From the NCBI GenBank assembly GCA_016219905.1, contig JACRKA010000351.1:2622-66621 (forward strand): a DNA stretch of 64,000 bases, written 5' to 3'. Source of the stretch: Verrucomicrobiota bacterium. GTDB lineage: Bacteria; Verrucomicrobiota; Verrucomicrobiia; CAIQCK01. The first letter of the stretch is position 1. Each line of letters begins with the position of its first letter. Positions 47,445-57,493 of this stretch are shown one piece after another. Below the pieces are notes generated by a model. It was not told the origin of the DNA, ran no database searches, and worked only from the letters and a program-made list of their open reading frames with translations. The position numbers and the translations under genes were made by a program.

Positions 47445-47921
47445 TTACTTCTCGTCTTCGGTTGAGACCATCGCCCCGGCGCCGTCGCGCCCGGCCTTGA
47501 ACTCGGCCATCGCCAGCTCGAAGGTCGTCCACGAGAGCATGGCGCACTTGATGCGGACGGGGAACTTCGAGACGCCCTTGAGCGCGATCAACTCGCCCAT
47601 TGCCTCCTCGTCCACCTCGCCGCCCCTCATCATCGTGCGCACGGATTCGCAGACTTGTTTGCCCTCGTCGAACGTGCGGCCCTTGACCAGCTCCGTCATG
47701 ATCGAGATGCTGGCCTGGCTGATGGAACAGCCGTGGCCGCTGGACTTGATGTCCTCGATCCGGCCGTTCTCATCGAGGCGCAACTCCAGGTGAACCTCAT
47801 CGCCACAGAGCGGGTTCTTGCCGTCCACGCGCACGCTCGCATCCGGCACGGTGCCGCGGTTCCGTGGCTTGCGGTAGTGGTCCAAGATGATGGCCTGGTA
47901 TAGGTCGTCGAATTCGCTCAT
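47445..47921 (-). CDS. sufU: SUF-system Fe-S cluster scaffold / sulfur acceptor (SufU/NifU-like).
   Basis: Start at MSEFDDLYQ. Conserved Cys in NPLCGDE, SGHGCSIS and C..AMLSW. Confidence 0.85.
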   Translation of the reverse strand: MSEFDDLYQAIILDHYRKPRNRGTVPDASVRVDGKNPLCGDEVHLELRLDENGRIEDIKSSGHGCSISQASISIMTELVKGRTFDEGKQVCESVRTMMRGGEVDEEAMGELIALKGVSKFPVRIKCAMLSWTTFELAMAEFKAGRDGAGAMVSTEDEK

Positions 47922-48232
47922 GAGAATCGAATCTTCACATCGTCGCCCTCGATGACCACCGGCCATGCGCCCACCTTGCCAAACGCCGGCAGCGTCAGCG
48001 CCTTGCCGGTCTTGAGATCGAACTTCGCGCCGTGCCGCGGGCAGTAGATGCAGCCGTCCTCGACCTCGCCCTCGGCCAGCGGCCCGCCGTCGTGCGTGCA
48101 CACGTCCTCGATGGCGAACCAGTTGCCGGCCGCGTCGCGGACGATGCCCACCTTCGTGTCGCGCAACGTGACGATCTTGTGTTCGCCCGGCGCGATGTCC
48201 CTGACGGTTGCGACTTTGATCAGTTCAGGCAT
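47918..48232 (-). CDS. Rieske [2Fe-2S] domain ferredoxin (SUF-associated).
   Basis: CTHDGGPL ... CPRHGAKF Rieske ligand boxes. 104 aa. Overlaps the sufU start (ATGA). Confidence 0.85.
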   Translation of the reverse strand: MPELIKVATVRDIAPGEHKIVTLRDTKVGIVRDAAGNWFAIEDVCTHDGGPLAEGEVEDGCIYCPRHGAKFDLKTGKALTLPAFGKVGAWPVVIEGDDVKIRFS

Positions 48233-48244
48233 GGAGTCCCTTGG

Positions 48245-49495
48245 CTACACGGTGACGACGGTCTTGGTTTCGATGCCGAAAAACTTCAGCGCCTTCCGCA
48301 GCGCCGCCACGAGCGCGTCCACCTCGGCGGTGGTGTTGTAGAGGTAGAAGCTCGCGCGCGCCGTCGCGGCCACGCCGAGTTTCTTGTGGAGCGGCATAGC
48401 GCAATGATGGCCGGCGCGGATGGCGACGCCTTGCTGGTCGAGGAACTGCGCGATGTCGTGCGCGTGCAGGTCGTCGAGCGTGAACGCAACCAGCCCGCCG
48501 CGCTCGTCCGGCGGCGGGCCGTAGGGATGAAAGCCGGGCAGGTCGTGGAGTTGTTCCCAAGCGTAACGCACCAGCGCGTCCTCGTGCGCGTGGATCGCGT
48601 CGAGGCCGATCTTTTCCAGATACTCGACGGCCGCGCCAAGGCCGATGGCCTGCGCGATGGCCGGCGTGCCGGCCTCGAACTTCCACGGCGTGTGGTTCCA
48701 TGTGGATTCCCGCCAATCCACGACGGAGATCATCTCGCCGCCGCCGAGGAACGGCGGCATCGCCTCCAGCAGCCATTTGCGGCCGTAGAGGACGCCGATG
48801 CCGGTCGGCCCGCACATCTTGTGGCCGCTGAACGCGAGGAAGTCGCAGTCCATCCGTTGCACGTCGGTGGCGATGTGCGCGCACCCTTGCGCGCCGTCCA
48901 CCAGCACGAGCGCGCTGACGGCGTGCGCGTGGCGGATGATGCTGGCGACGGGGTTGATCGTGCCGAGGACGTTGGACATCTGGGTGACGGCGACGAGCTT
49001 GAGGCGGTCGTTGAAGAACTTCTCCGCCGCCGCGAGGTCGAGCCGGCCCTGGCCGTCGAGCGGAATGAACTCCAGCCGCGCGCCCGTCCTCTGCGCGAGC
49101 AACTGCCACGGCACGAGGTTGGAGTGGTGCTCCATCTCCGTAAGCAGGATGACGTCGCCGGCCTTGACGTTCGCGTCGCCCCACGCGCGGGCCACAAGGT
49201 TGATCGCCTCGGTGGCGTTGCGCGTGAACACGATCTCCGCCGGCTCGGCGGCGTGGATGAACCGCGCGACGGTGGCGCGGGCCGCCTCGTAGTGCTGGGT
49301 GGCAAGATCGCTGATCTCGTAGATGCCGCGGTGGACGTTGGCGTTCCAGCGTTCGTAATAGGCTTGCAGCGTGTCGAGGACCGGGCGCGGTTTCTGGGAA
49401 GTGGCGGCGCTGTCGAGATAGACCAGCGGCTTGCCGCGCATCGTCTGCCGCAGCAGCGGGAAATCCTGTCGGAGTTTTTCGACCTCGTAGCTCAT
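48245..49495 (-). CDS. sufS: Cysteine desulfurase SufS (class II aminotransferase).
   Basis: PLP lysine region (SGHKMCGPTGIGVLYG) and active-site Cys (RAGHHCAMPL). Confidence 0.92.
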   Translation of the reverse strand: MSYEVEKLRQDFPLLRQTMRGKPLVYLDSAATSQKPRPVLDTLQAYYERWNANVHRGIYEISDLATQHYEAARATVARFIHAAEPAEIVFTRNATEAINLVARAWGDANVKAGDVILLTEMEHHSNLVPWQLLAQRTGARLEFIPLDGQGRLDLAAAEKFFNDRLKLVAVTQMSNVLGTINPVASIIRHAHAVSALVLVDGAQGCAHIATDVQRMDCDFLAFSGHKMCGPTGIGVLYGRKWLLEAMPPFLGGGEMISVVDWRESTWNHTPWKFEAGTPAIAQAIGLGAAVEYLEKIGLDAIHAHEDALVRYAWEQLHDLPGFHPYGPPPDERGGLVAFTLDDLHAHDIAQFLDQQGVAIRAGHHCAMPLHKKLGVAATARASFYLYNTTAEVDALVAALRKALKFFGIETKTVVTV

Positions 49496-49524
49496 CGTGG
49501 CGTGTGGGTGAAAGACCGGTCTTT

Positions 49525-50772
49525 CTAGCTGTTCCCCATCGCCTGGTCAACCGCCTGCCAAAGCTGCTCGCGCAGGATCTCGTCCGGGATGTAACGCATC
49601 ACCTGGTCGAAGAACCCGCGCATCATCAGCCGCGTCGCGTCCTCCACGGAAAGGCAGCGCGAACGGAGATAGAAAAGCTGCTCCGGGTCCACCGGGCCGA
49701 CGGTCGCGCCGTGGGTGCAGCGCACGTCGTTGGCCTCGATCTCCAGGATCGGCGTGGCATCGGCGCGCGCGTGCTCGCCGAGCAGGAGGTTACGGCTGGC
49801 CTGGTAGGCGTCGGTTTTCTGCGCGGCCTTGTGGACGCGGATGGTGCCCTCGTAGGCCGTGCGCGCGCCGGCCTTCACCGCCGCCTTGAACAGCAGGTCG
49901 CTCTTCGTGTAGGGCACACGATGGTCTTGCAACGTGTCGTAGCAGACCGTCTGGCCCGGCTGCGCGACGGTCACACCGAGCAACTCGGCCGATGCGCCAG
50001 CGCCGTCAAGGACCGCATCGAGCCGCATCTTGCTCGCCGCGCTGCCAAGGCCGAGATTGAGCCACGTCAGGTTCGCGTCGCGCGCCAGCACCGCCCGGCG
50101 CGTGCTCACGTCCCAGACGTGGCGGCCCCATTGCTGCTCGGCGACATACACGACGTTGGCCCCCTCGCCCAGGATGATCTCCGTCACGCCATCAAACAAC
50201 CCCTGCCCTTCCTCCGTGGCGGACTTGTAATGGTCAAGATAGGTCAGCTTCGCGTGGCGCTCGACGACGATGAGCGTGTGCGCGAAGTGGGCGGCGTTCT
50301 TCCCAGCCGCGCGAAATTCCGTCCGCAATGGCATCTTCAACTCGACGCCCGCCGGCACATACAGGAACGTGCCGTGCGTCCAGAAAGCCGCGTGCATCGC
50401 GGCGAACTTGCTGCTGCGCGCAGGCACGACGCTGGTCATGAAATACTTCTCGATGAGTTGCGGATGCTGCCGCAGCGCCGTCGCAAAATCGCAGAAGATG
50501 ACGCCGCTCTTGGCGAGGTCCGGCACGGCGAACGGCGGGGAGAAATCCGCGCCGACCTGGTGGCGCAACGCCACGAACCGGCTGGGGGCCATTTCGCCAA
50601 GCTTCAGCTTCGTCCAGTCGAGCTTGCCCTCGGGCAGCGGCAACTCGTCGCTGACCACCAGCCCCTCGAAGCGCCGCTGGCGCATCCAGTCCGGCTCATG
50701 TTGTTCGCGTGAGTAGCGGTCAACAAATTCGCGTGTGAACGCAGATTCTTCCGTGATCGTTGGCATCAGCAA
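49525..50772 (-). CDS. sufD: Fe-S cluster assembly protein SufD.
   Basis: SufB/SufD beta-helix family, 415 aa, positioned between sufB and sufS. Confidence 0.88.
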   Translation of the reverse strand: MLMPTITEESAFTREFVDRYSREQHEPDWMRQRRFEGLVVSDELPLPEGKLDWTKLKLGEMAPSRFVALRHQVGADFSPPFAVPDLAKSGVIFCDFATALRQHPQLIEKYFMTSVVPARSSKFAAMHAAFWTHGTFLYVPAGVELKMPLRTEFRAAGKNAAHFAHTLIVVERHAKLTYLDHYKSATEEGQGLFDGVTEIILGEGANVVYVAEQQWGRHVWDVSTRRAVLARDANLTWLNLGLGSAASKMRLDAVLDGAGASAELLGVTVAQPGQTVCYDTLQDHRVPYTKSDLLFKAAVKAGARTAYEGTIRVHKAAQKTDAYQASRNLLLGEHARADATPILEIEANDVRCTHGATVGPVDPEQLFYLRSRCLSVEDATRLMMRGFFDQVMRYIPDEILREQLWQAVDQAMGNS

Positions 50773-50809
50773 ACTCCTCTGAAATCAGGTTTCGCAAGTC
50801 CGCCGCGGC

Positions 50810-52243
50810 TCAACCAACGGAGCCTTCCATCTCAAGCTCAATGAGGCGGTTCAGTTCGACGGCGTATTCCATCGGCAATTCCTTCACCAGCGGCTCGATG
50901 AAGCCGCAGACGATCATGTTCATGGCCTGGTCCTGTGTGAGACCGCGGCTCATAAGATAGAAGATCTGCTCGTCGTTCACCTTCGAGACGCGGGCCTCGT
51001 GGCCGATGGACACGTCGCGCTCGTCCACCTCGATCTTCGGGTAGGTGTCGGTGCGCGACTCCTCGTTGATCAACAGCGCGTCGCACTCGACGTTGGACTT
51101 CACACCGTGGCAGCCGGGATAGACCTTCAACAGGCCGCGGTAGCTGGAGCGCCCGAAGCCTTTGCTGATGGACTTGGAGATGATCCGCGAGGTGGTGTTC
51201 GGCGCCATGTGGACCACCTTGCCGCCCGCGTCCTGGTGCTGGCCGGTGTTGGCGAACGCGATGGAGAGAATCTCGCCGTGCGCGCCAGGCTCCATCATAT
51301 AGACGGCCGGGTATTTCATCGTGAGCTTGGAGCCGATGTTGCCGTCCACCCACTCCATCGTCGCGTCCCGGTAGGCCGCGTCGCGCTTGGTGACGAGGTT
51401 ATAAACGTTGGTGCTCCAGTTCTGGATGGTCGAGTAGCGGACGCGGGCGCCCTTCTTGACGACAATCTCGACGACGGCGCTGTGCAGCGAGTCGCTCGAA
51501 TACACCGGCGCGGTGCAGCCCTCGACGTAATGAACAAAGCTGCCCTCGTCGGCGATGATCAGCGTGCGCTCGAACTGGCCCATGTTCTCCGCGTTGATGC
51601 GGAAGTAGGCCTGCAACGGCAGGTCCACCTTCACACCCTTCGGGATGTAGATGAACGAGCCGCCCGACCAGACGGCGGAGTTGAGCGCGGCGAACTTGTT
51701 GTCCGCCGGCGGGATGACGGTTGCGAAATACTCGCGGAACAAGTCCGGGTGCTGCTTCATCGCCGTGTCGGTGTCGAGGAAGATGACGCCCAGTTTGGCG
51801 AGCTTCTCGTTGAGGCTGTGATAGATGACCTCGCTCTCGTATTGCGCGCCGACGCCGGCGAGGAACTTCTTCTCGGCCTCGGGAATGCCAAGGCGGTCGA
51901 AGGTGTTCTTGATCTTCTCCGGCACGTCGTCCCAACTCTTACTCTGGCTCTCGGCCGGCTTCAGGTAGTAGTAGATGTTCTCAAAATCCAACGGATGGTT
52001 CTGGATGTTGCCGCCCCAAAAGCCGGTCGGCATGGGCTTCTGGCGGAAGAGTTCGAGCGACTTCAGCCGGAACTTCAGCATCCACTCCGGCTCGTTCTTG
52101 TAGTGCGAGATCGCCTTGACGACGTCCGGGTTCAAGCCTTTCTGCGGCTTGATGATCGGCGTGACGTCGTCGTGGAAGCCGTATTTCGATTTGTAGTCCT
52201 CGTTGAGCGTCAACGACGCCTGGACTTTGGGTTCATCAGCCAT
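50810..52243 (-). CDS. sufB: Fe-S cluster assembly protein SufB.
   Basis: 477 aa SufB family with the conserved C-terminal region ([32 protein letters not shown]). Confidence 0.92.
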   Translation of the reverse strand: MADEPKVQASLTLNEDYKSKYGFHDDVTPIIKPQKGLNPDVVKAISHYKNEPEWMLKFRLKSLELFRQKPMPTGFWGGNIQNHPLDFENIYYYLKPAESQSKSWDDVPEKIKNTFDRLGIPEAEKKFLAGVGAQYESEVIYHSLNEKLAKLGVIFLDTDTAMKQHPDLFREYFATVIPPADNKFAALNSAVWSGGSFIYIPKGVKVDLPLQAYFRINAENMGQFERTLIIADEGSFVHYVEGCTAPVYSSDSLHSAVVEIVVKKGARVRYSTIQNWSTNVYNLVTKRDAAYRDATMEWVDGNIGSKLTMKYPAVYMMEPGAHGEILSIAFANTGQHQDAGGKVVHMAPNTTSRIISKSISKGFGRSSYRGLLKVYPGCHGVKSNVECDALLINEESRTDTYPKIEVDERDVSIGHEARVSKVNDEQIFYLMSRGLTQDQAMNMIVCGFIEPLVKELPMEYAVELNRLIELEMEGSVG

Positions 52244-52285
52244 GGTGTTTGTGTCCCCTTTGAGCGTTGTTCAACACTCCCCTGC

Positions 52286-53098
52286 TCAGACCGCCACCGG
52301 CTCCGGTTTTTCCTCGGACTCGCGCGGGAAGCCGAGTTCCTCGCGAATCTTGTCGTAGCCTTCCTGCTCGACCCGCAACGCCAGGTCCGGTCCGCCGCTC
52401 TTGACGACGCGGCCGCGCATCATGATGTGGACGAAGTCAGGCTTGATGTAGTTGAGGATGCGCTGGTAGTGCGTGATCACCAGCGCGCTGAAATCCGGGC
52501 GCTCCTTCTTCATCGCGTTGACGCCTTGCGCGACGATCCTCAGCGCGTCTATGTCCAGGCCCGAATCCGGTTCGTCGAGCATGGCAAGCTGAGGCTCAAT
52601 CATGAGCATCTGGAGGATCTCGTTCCTCTTTTTTTCGCCGCCGCTGAATCCCTCGTTCAGGTATCGCAGGGCGTAGGTCATGTTCCATTCCAACACCTTC
52701 ATCTTTTTCTTGAGGAGGTTCTGGAACTTGATGACGTCCAGTTCGGGTTCGCCGCGGGATTTGCGGCTGGAGTTGTAGGCCATCCGCAGGAACTCCGGCA
52801 ACTTCACGCCGGGCACCTCCATCGGATACTGGAACGCCATGAAGATGCCGCGGTGCGCGCGTTGTTCGACTTCGACGTCGAGCAGGTTCTCGCCTTTCCA
52901 GAGAACCTCGCCGCGCATGACCTGGTAATCGGGGTGGCCCATCAACGCCTTGGCCAGCGTGCTCTTGCCGGAGCCGTTCGGCCCCATCAGCGCGTGGATC
53001 TCGCCCGGGCCGATCTCCAAATTGACCCCGTGCAGGATTTGGTTGCCGGACACGGCGACCTCGAGGTGGTGAACCACAAATTTTCCAAAGTTGCTCAT
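52286..53098 (-). CDS. sufC: Fe-S cluster assembly ATPase SufC.
   Basis: Walker A GPNGSGKST, signature FSGGEKKR, Walker B LAMLDEPDSGLD, H-loop ITHY. Confidence 0.93.
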   Translation of the reverse strand: MSNFGKFVVHHLEVAVSGNQILHGVNLEIGPGEIHALMGPNGSGKSTLAKALMGHPDYQVMRGEVLWKGENLLDVEVEQRAHRGIFMAFQYPMEVPGVKLPEFLRMAYNSSRKSRGEPELDVIKFQNLLKKKMKVLEWNMTYALRYLNEGFSGGEKKRNEILQMLMIEPQLAMLDEPDSGLDIDALRIVAQGVNAMKKERPDFSALVITHYQRILNYIKPDFVHIMMRGRVVKSGGPDLALRVEQEGYDKIREELGFPRESEEKPEPVAV

Positions 53099-53239
53099 CT
53101 TCGCGTTCCAGACTCAGATGGTTTGTTTAGAACAGTTATTGACTGCGGAATATAGCTGCAAGACCTAGGCGGTCAACAAAAAATAAGAGTCAGTTCATCC
53201 TGATTGCCGAGCCGCCCGAACACCAACAACCAGTGAACG

Positions 53240-54244
53240 TTACGAAGACAGTTCAGGCTTGGCTTCCCTCAACATCAAGTCATTCAGCGCCCGCTTCGGC
53301 TCTTTGCCATCGTAGATCACACTACACACCTCATTCGTAATGGGAGCTTCCACCCCCAATTTCTGCGCGAGACGCTGGGCCGCTTTCGCAGTCCGCACGC
53401 CCTCGGCGACCATCACCATCGAGTCAAGAATCTGCTTCAGGTTCTCGCCGCGACCAAGCCGCTCGCCCACGCCGCGGTTACGGCTCCACTTGCTGAAACA
53501 CGTCACGATGAGATCACCGATACCGCTCAAGCCGAAGAACGTCTCCCGTCGCGCGCCCAGCGCCACGCCCATGCGCGCCATTTCCGCCTGGCCGCGTGTG
53601 ACCAGCGCGGCTTTCGCGTTGTCGCCGAGACCGAGGCCGTCGCCGATGCCGGCGGCGATGGCGATGACGTTCTTGAGCGCGCCGCCGAGTTCGACGCCGA
53701 TGACGTCGTCATTGGTATAGACACGAAACCGCTCGGTCATGAACGTCCGCTGCACCAGCGCGGCCAGCGCGCTGTCACGCGAAGCCGCTACGACCGCCGT
53801 CGGCACGCCACGGGCAACCTCTTCCGCATGGCTCGGCCCGCTCAGCGCGGCGATTGGCGCGTCAGGCTGCTGCTCGGCAATGATCTGGGTCATCCGCTCG
53901 TGCGTTTCGTTCTCGATGCCTTTGGCCACGCTGACCACTGGCACCTTCAACCGCGGCAGCTTGCCGCAGACCGAGCGCATCACATGGGATGGCGAAGCCA
54001 GCACGACCAAATCCGCGCCTTCGACCGCCCACGCCAGGTCACAACCCAACTCGATCTCCGGCGGCACGGTCACGCCCGGCAGGAACCGGACGTTCTGCCC
54101 CTGCGCGCGGATTTCGTCCACGGATTGCTGCTCGTAGCTCCACAGCCGGATGCGCCACGGCGGCGACTCGCGCCGGCCCTTGCCGTGCAGCAGCACACTC
54201 AACGCCGTTCCCCATCCGCCCGCCCCGATGATCGCGATGTTCAT
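53240..54244 (-). CDS. gpsA: NAD(P)H-dependent glycerol-3-phosphate dehydrogenase.
   Basis: Start MNIAIIGAGGWGTAL (ATG 54244, overlapping the plsY stop). Conserved GALKNVIAIAAG. Confidence 0.92.
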   Translation of the reverse strand: MNIAIIGAGGWGTALSVLLHGKGRRESPPWRIRLWSYEQQSVDEIRAQGQNVRFLPGVTVPPEIELGCDLAWAVEGADLVVLASPSHVMRSVCGKLPRLKVPVVSVAKGIENETHERMTQIIAEQQPDAPIAALSGPSHAEEVARGVPTAVVAASRDSALAALVQRTFMTERFRVYTNDDVIGVELGGALKNVIAIAAGIGDGLGLGDNAKAALVTRGQAEMARMGVALGARRETFFGLSGIGDLIVTCFSKWSRNRGVGERLGRGENLKQILDSMVMVAEGVRTAKAAQRLAQKLGVEAPITNEVCSVIYDGKEPKRALNDLMLREAKPELSS

Positions 54245-54849
54245 GCGTCTTTCTTTTCGAACTTGTGTTCCGCGCCCGCCAGCAACCGTCGAATGTTCGA
54301 CGCGTGCCGGATGATTGTCACGACGGCGACGAACGCCGCAAAGCCTGTCAGCGTGGCGTTCCGAGAAAACGCGAACACGAGCGCAGGCAGCGCGGCCACC
54401 GAGACAATGGACGCCAGCGACACGTAGCGCCAGACCAGAAAGACGATCAGCCAGATGACCGCCGCAATCAGTTGCGCCGGCCAGCAGATGGCCAGGAAGC
54501 CGCCGATGGCCGCCGCGACGCCCTTGCCGCCCTTGAAGCCGAGCCACGGCGTGTAGTTGTGGCCGAGGATGACGCAAAGGCACGTGACGATTTGGAGCGC
54601 CGAGACATCGAGCGACGGCAGGAGCCGCGGCGCGAGCAACGCCGGCAGGAATCCCTTCAGCGCGTCCACGACAAACACGCCGCGGCCGGCCCAGCGGTTG
54701 ACGCTGCGCAGGACGTTGGTCGCGCCGATGTTACCGCTGCCAACTTCGCGGATGTCCACGCCGTAGGCGCGCGCCACGAGGAAGCCGGTGGGGAAACTGC
54801 CGATCAGGAAGGCGGCGAGGGCGAGGGCGAAGTAGGCCAGTAGGTCCAT
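54241..54849 (-). CDS. plsY: Glycerol-3-phosphate acyltransferase PlsY (acyl-phosphate dependent).
   Basis: 5-TM protein with SGNIGATN and HNYTPWLGFKGGKGVA motifs. Confidence 0.92.
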   Translation of the reverse strand: MDLLAYFALALAAFLIGSFPTGFLVARAYGVDIREVGSGNIGATNVLRSVNRWAGRGVFVVDALKGFLPALLAPRLLPSLDVSALQIVTCLCVILGHNYTPWLGFKGGKGVAAAIGGFLAICWPAQLIAAVIWLIVFLVWRYVSLASIVSVAALPALVFAFSRNATLTGFAAFVAVVTIIRHASNIRRLLAGAEHKFEKKDA

Positions 54850-54851
54850 GA

Positions 54852-54907
54852 GGCGTGAAACGTGAAACGTGAACGTGAAACTCTTACGTTTTACGTTTTA
54901 CGTTTCA
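54852..54907. repeat. GTGAAAC heptad-repeat hairpin (family C) exactly filling the gap between plsY and the upstream gene.
   Basis: gcgtgaaacgtgaaacgtgaacgtgaaac tcttac gttttacgttttacgtttcac: about 25-bp inverted arms of GTGAAAC/GTTTTAC units. Confidence 0.8.
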
Positions 54908-56383
54908 CTACTTGAACGTCGGCAGGAAGCGGTAATAAACCTCCAGCATCATGCACAGCAGCGTGGTGTGATACACCGGCTGGTCTTTCGGATCGGTGAC
55001 CTGCCTCCAGCCCGTCGCGGGCGGGCCGCCAGCAGGGCCAGGCACCGGCCATGAACCGTCCGCCTTTTGGTAGCGGATGATCTCCTCGCGGAACATGCGG
55101 TTCCATGCCGTCCAGTAGCTGCCGCCTGCCTGGAAAAGCGCCTGCGTCATGTAATACCATCCGTAGCTGCTCCCCTCGCCGCCTTTTTCCCACTCGCACT
55201 TGTAGGTGCTCAAGGTCCGCTGTCCACCCTTGGCCTCCTTCGAGTCACCCGCATTGATGAATTGCATGCAAAGCACACCCACACCGACCAGCGCGGGAGA
55301 GCCGCCGCCCCTGACCGCGTAACCGAACTGGTGCTTCTTGTCATCATAGACGCCCCGCAGGAACTCCAGCGCCTTCTGCAAGCATGCATCAATGCCCGCC
55401 ACCTTCACGCCCGCCATCTTCGCCGCCTTGAGCGCCTGCACGTTCCAACCGACGATGGACGTGTCGCCGCCGGGCCGCTTCGGATCCTCGCGCCCCACCT
55501 TGTTGTAACCGTAATCCCACGATCCATTTGGCGCCTGGTTGCTCACGATGAGTTGAACCGCGCCCTCCAGCACCGTCAACAGGTCGCTGATCTGCGTCAG
55601 CGCATAATCCTCCGCCAGCGCATACGTCGCGATCGCGTGCTGATACTCCACGTGCTCGGTGGCCAGTTTGTTCCTGTTCTTCTTGCCGACCTCCATCAAC
55701 CACTGCACGCCCTTCTGCACCGTCTCGCCATAATGCTGGCTGTCCTGCCGTTCGCCGTGCGCCAGGAACGTCAGCAGCGCCAGGCCCGTCATGGAGGATC
55801 GGTAGTGCCCGCCCCACGAACCGTCCGGGTTCTGGTTCGCCTTCAGCCAGTCCAGCGCCCGCAACACCGCGCCCTCCCCCTGCCGCGTGCCGCCAAACTT
55901 CCCCATCGCATTACCCCTCTCGGAGCCGAACCGGTTCTGGTAAAGGCTGGACACCTTCACGTTCGCGAGATTCTTGATGAGGCTCTTTGACAAATCCCCC
56001 GACGTCACCGGCGCAGCCACCGTCGGCGTCACAATGCTCACCGCCGTCGGCGATGGCAACGGCGTCGCCACCGTGATCGGCCGGGCCGCAGTCGCTGAGG
56101 TCGTCGGTTGCTTGGTCGTCGCCAGATTCTGCTCCTTCCGCTGCTCTGGCGGGGGCGGGGGCGGCACACTGTCATTCGCCTTCTGGGCCGAGGGCGCTAC
56201 GAAGACGGATACCATCCCGCTCTGCGTGCGAGTCACTTCGTAGGTGCCGAACAGGAGGATGAACAGCAGGTGCAACAGCAACGCGACCAGATAGAACGGC
56301 ACGCTGCGGAAACGCGTCAGAATCAGGTCAGTCCACGCCTGCGGATTCAACCACGATGATACGGATCCAGTTGGCGCTTGCAC
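54908..56383 (-). CDS. Membrane-anchored protein with prenyltransferase / squalene-oxidase-like (terpenoid cyclase) repeats.
   Basis: N-terminal TM anchor, a Pro-rich linker (PPPPPPEQ) and repeated DGSWG / NGSWDYG / DGSWPVPG alpha-alpha toroid repeat signatures. Confidence 0.7.
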   Translation of the reverse strand: MQAPTGSVSSWLNPQAWTDLILTRFRSVPFYLVALLLHLLFILLFGTYEVTRTQSGMVSVFVAPSAQKANDSVPPPPPPEQRKEQNLATTKQPTTSATAARPITVATPLPSPTAVSIVTPTVAAPVTSGDLSKSLIKNLANVKVSSLYQNRFGSERGNAMGKFGGTRQGEGAVLRALDWLKANQNPDGSWGGHYRSSMTGLALLTFLAHGERQDSQHYGETVQKGVQWLMEVGKKNRNKLATEHVEYQHAIATYALAEDYALTQISDLLTVLEGAVQLIVSNQAPNGSWDYGYNKVGREDPKRPGGDTSIVGWNVQALKAAKMAGVKVAGIDACLQKALEFLRGVYDDKKHQFGYAVRGGGSPALVGVGVLCMQFINAGDSKEAKGGQRTLSTYKCEWEKGGEGSSYGWYYMTQALFQAGGSYWTAWNRMFREEIIRYQKADGSWPVPGPAGGPPATGWRQVTDPKDQPVYHTTLLCMMLEVYYRFLPTFK

Positions 56384-56455
56384 GACATGGGAACCTACCC
56401 ATCCCCCGCGGGGCCAGCAAGCATTTTTCCGCCTGCTCGAAGTCCCCGCAAGCGG

Positions 56456-57493
56456 TCAGGGCTTGATGGCGATCTTGCAGACATCCGTCGGGCCGGAGAG
56501 TTCCCGCAGCACATCGGGCAGACGGACGAGCGGTTCGGTGCGGCTGATGAACTTGGCCGCGGGCACGACGCCGGTGGCCAGCAATTCCAGCGCGCGACGC
56601 ATGTGCGCCGGTGTGTGGTGAAAGCTCGACAGCAGCGTGAGCTGATCGTAGTGCAGCCGCTGCGTGTCCAGCGGCACCTGCGTCCCAGCCGGCGGGCCGC
56701 CGAAAAGTTGCAGCCGCCCGCCCTTGCGGACCAACGCGAGCGCCTGCTCCCACGTGGCGGGCAGGCCGACCGATTCGATCACCACGTCGGGGCCTCGGCC
56801 GCCGTTGGACGCCTGCCGCGCCTGCGCGATGGCGTCGCCGGCGGCATTGAACACCTCATGCGCGCCGAGGTCCTTCGCCAGCGCCAACCGCGCGGGGCGC
56901 GCGTCCAACGCGATGACGTGCGCGCCGGCCTGCCGCGCCAGAGCGACGAACATCAGGCCGATCGGGCCGACGCCGATGACCACCGCCGTCTCCGTGGGCG
57001 CCAGTTGAATCATGTCGAAACCTTTCACCACGCAAGCCAGCGGCTCGGCCAGCGAGGCGTGCTCGAAGGGCAGGCCGTCCGGAACGACCTGGAGGTTCAA
57101 CTCCACGATCCGCGCCGGCACGCACACATACTCCGCGTAAGCGCCGTTGAGCCACGTGAAGTCGTCGCACAGTTCCGGCTGCTGATGCGCGCAATAGAAA
57201 CACTTGCCGCACGGCGCCGAGTTGGCCGGCGTCACGCGCTGGCCGATTATCCACCGGGTCACGCCCGGCCCGACGGCCTCGATGACGCCCGCCATTTCGT
57301 GGCCGAAGACCGCCGGGGGCCGGATCATCTTGGCGTGATAGCCGCGCTTGAACACCTTCACGTCGGTGCCGCAGGTGGTGGCCGCGCCGATGCGCAACAG
57401 CACCTCGCCGGGTTGCGGCTTCGGCACGGGGCGTTGTTCGATCCGGACATCTTCTTTGCCGTAGAGGACGGCGGCGGTCATTGTCTTGCTCAT
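56456..57493 (-). CDS. Zinc-dependent alcohol dehydrogenase (MDR family; sorbitol/threonine dehydrogenase-like).
   Basis: Start MSKTMTAAVLYG (ATG 57493, overlapping the upstream ADH stop). Zn ligands GHEMAG and structural-Zn Cys cluster (CGKCFYCAHQQPELC). Rossmann GVGPIG. Confidence 0.88.
   Translation of the reverse strand: MSKTMTAAVLYGKEDVRIEQRPVPKPQPGEVLLRIGAATTCGTDVKVFKRGYHAKMIRPPAVFGHEMAGVIEAVGPGVTRWIIGQRVTPANSAPCGKCFYCAHQQPELCDDFTWLNGAYAEYVCVPARIVELNLQVVPDGLPFEHASLAEPLACVVKGFDMIQLAPTETAVVIGVGPIGLMFVALARQAGAHVIALDARPARLALAKDLGAHEVFNAAGDAIAQARQASNGGRGPDVVIESVGLPATWEQALALVRKGGRLQLFGGPPAGTQVPLDTQRLHYDQLTLLSSFHHTPAHMRRALELLATGVVPAAKFISRTEPLVRLPDVLRELSGPTDVCKIAIKP

Noticed and set aside
42703-54907. 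Could the GTGAAAC or CCGAAAT direct repeats be a CRISPR array?
   Set aside because: The units are 7 nt with no unique spacers between them. Copies are few and either form a simple hairpin or sit inside an ORF. There are no cas genes in the window.
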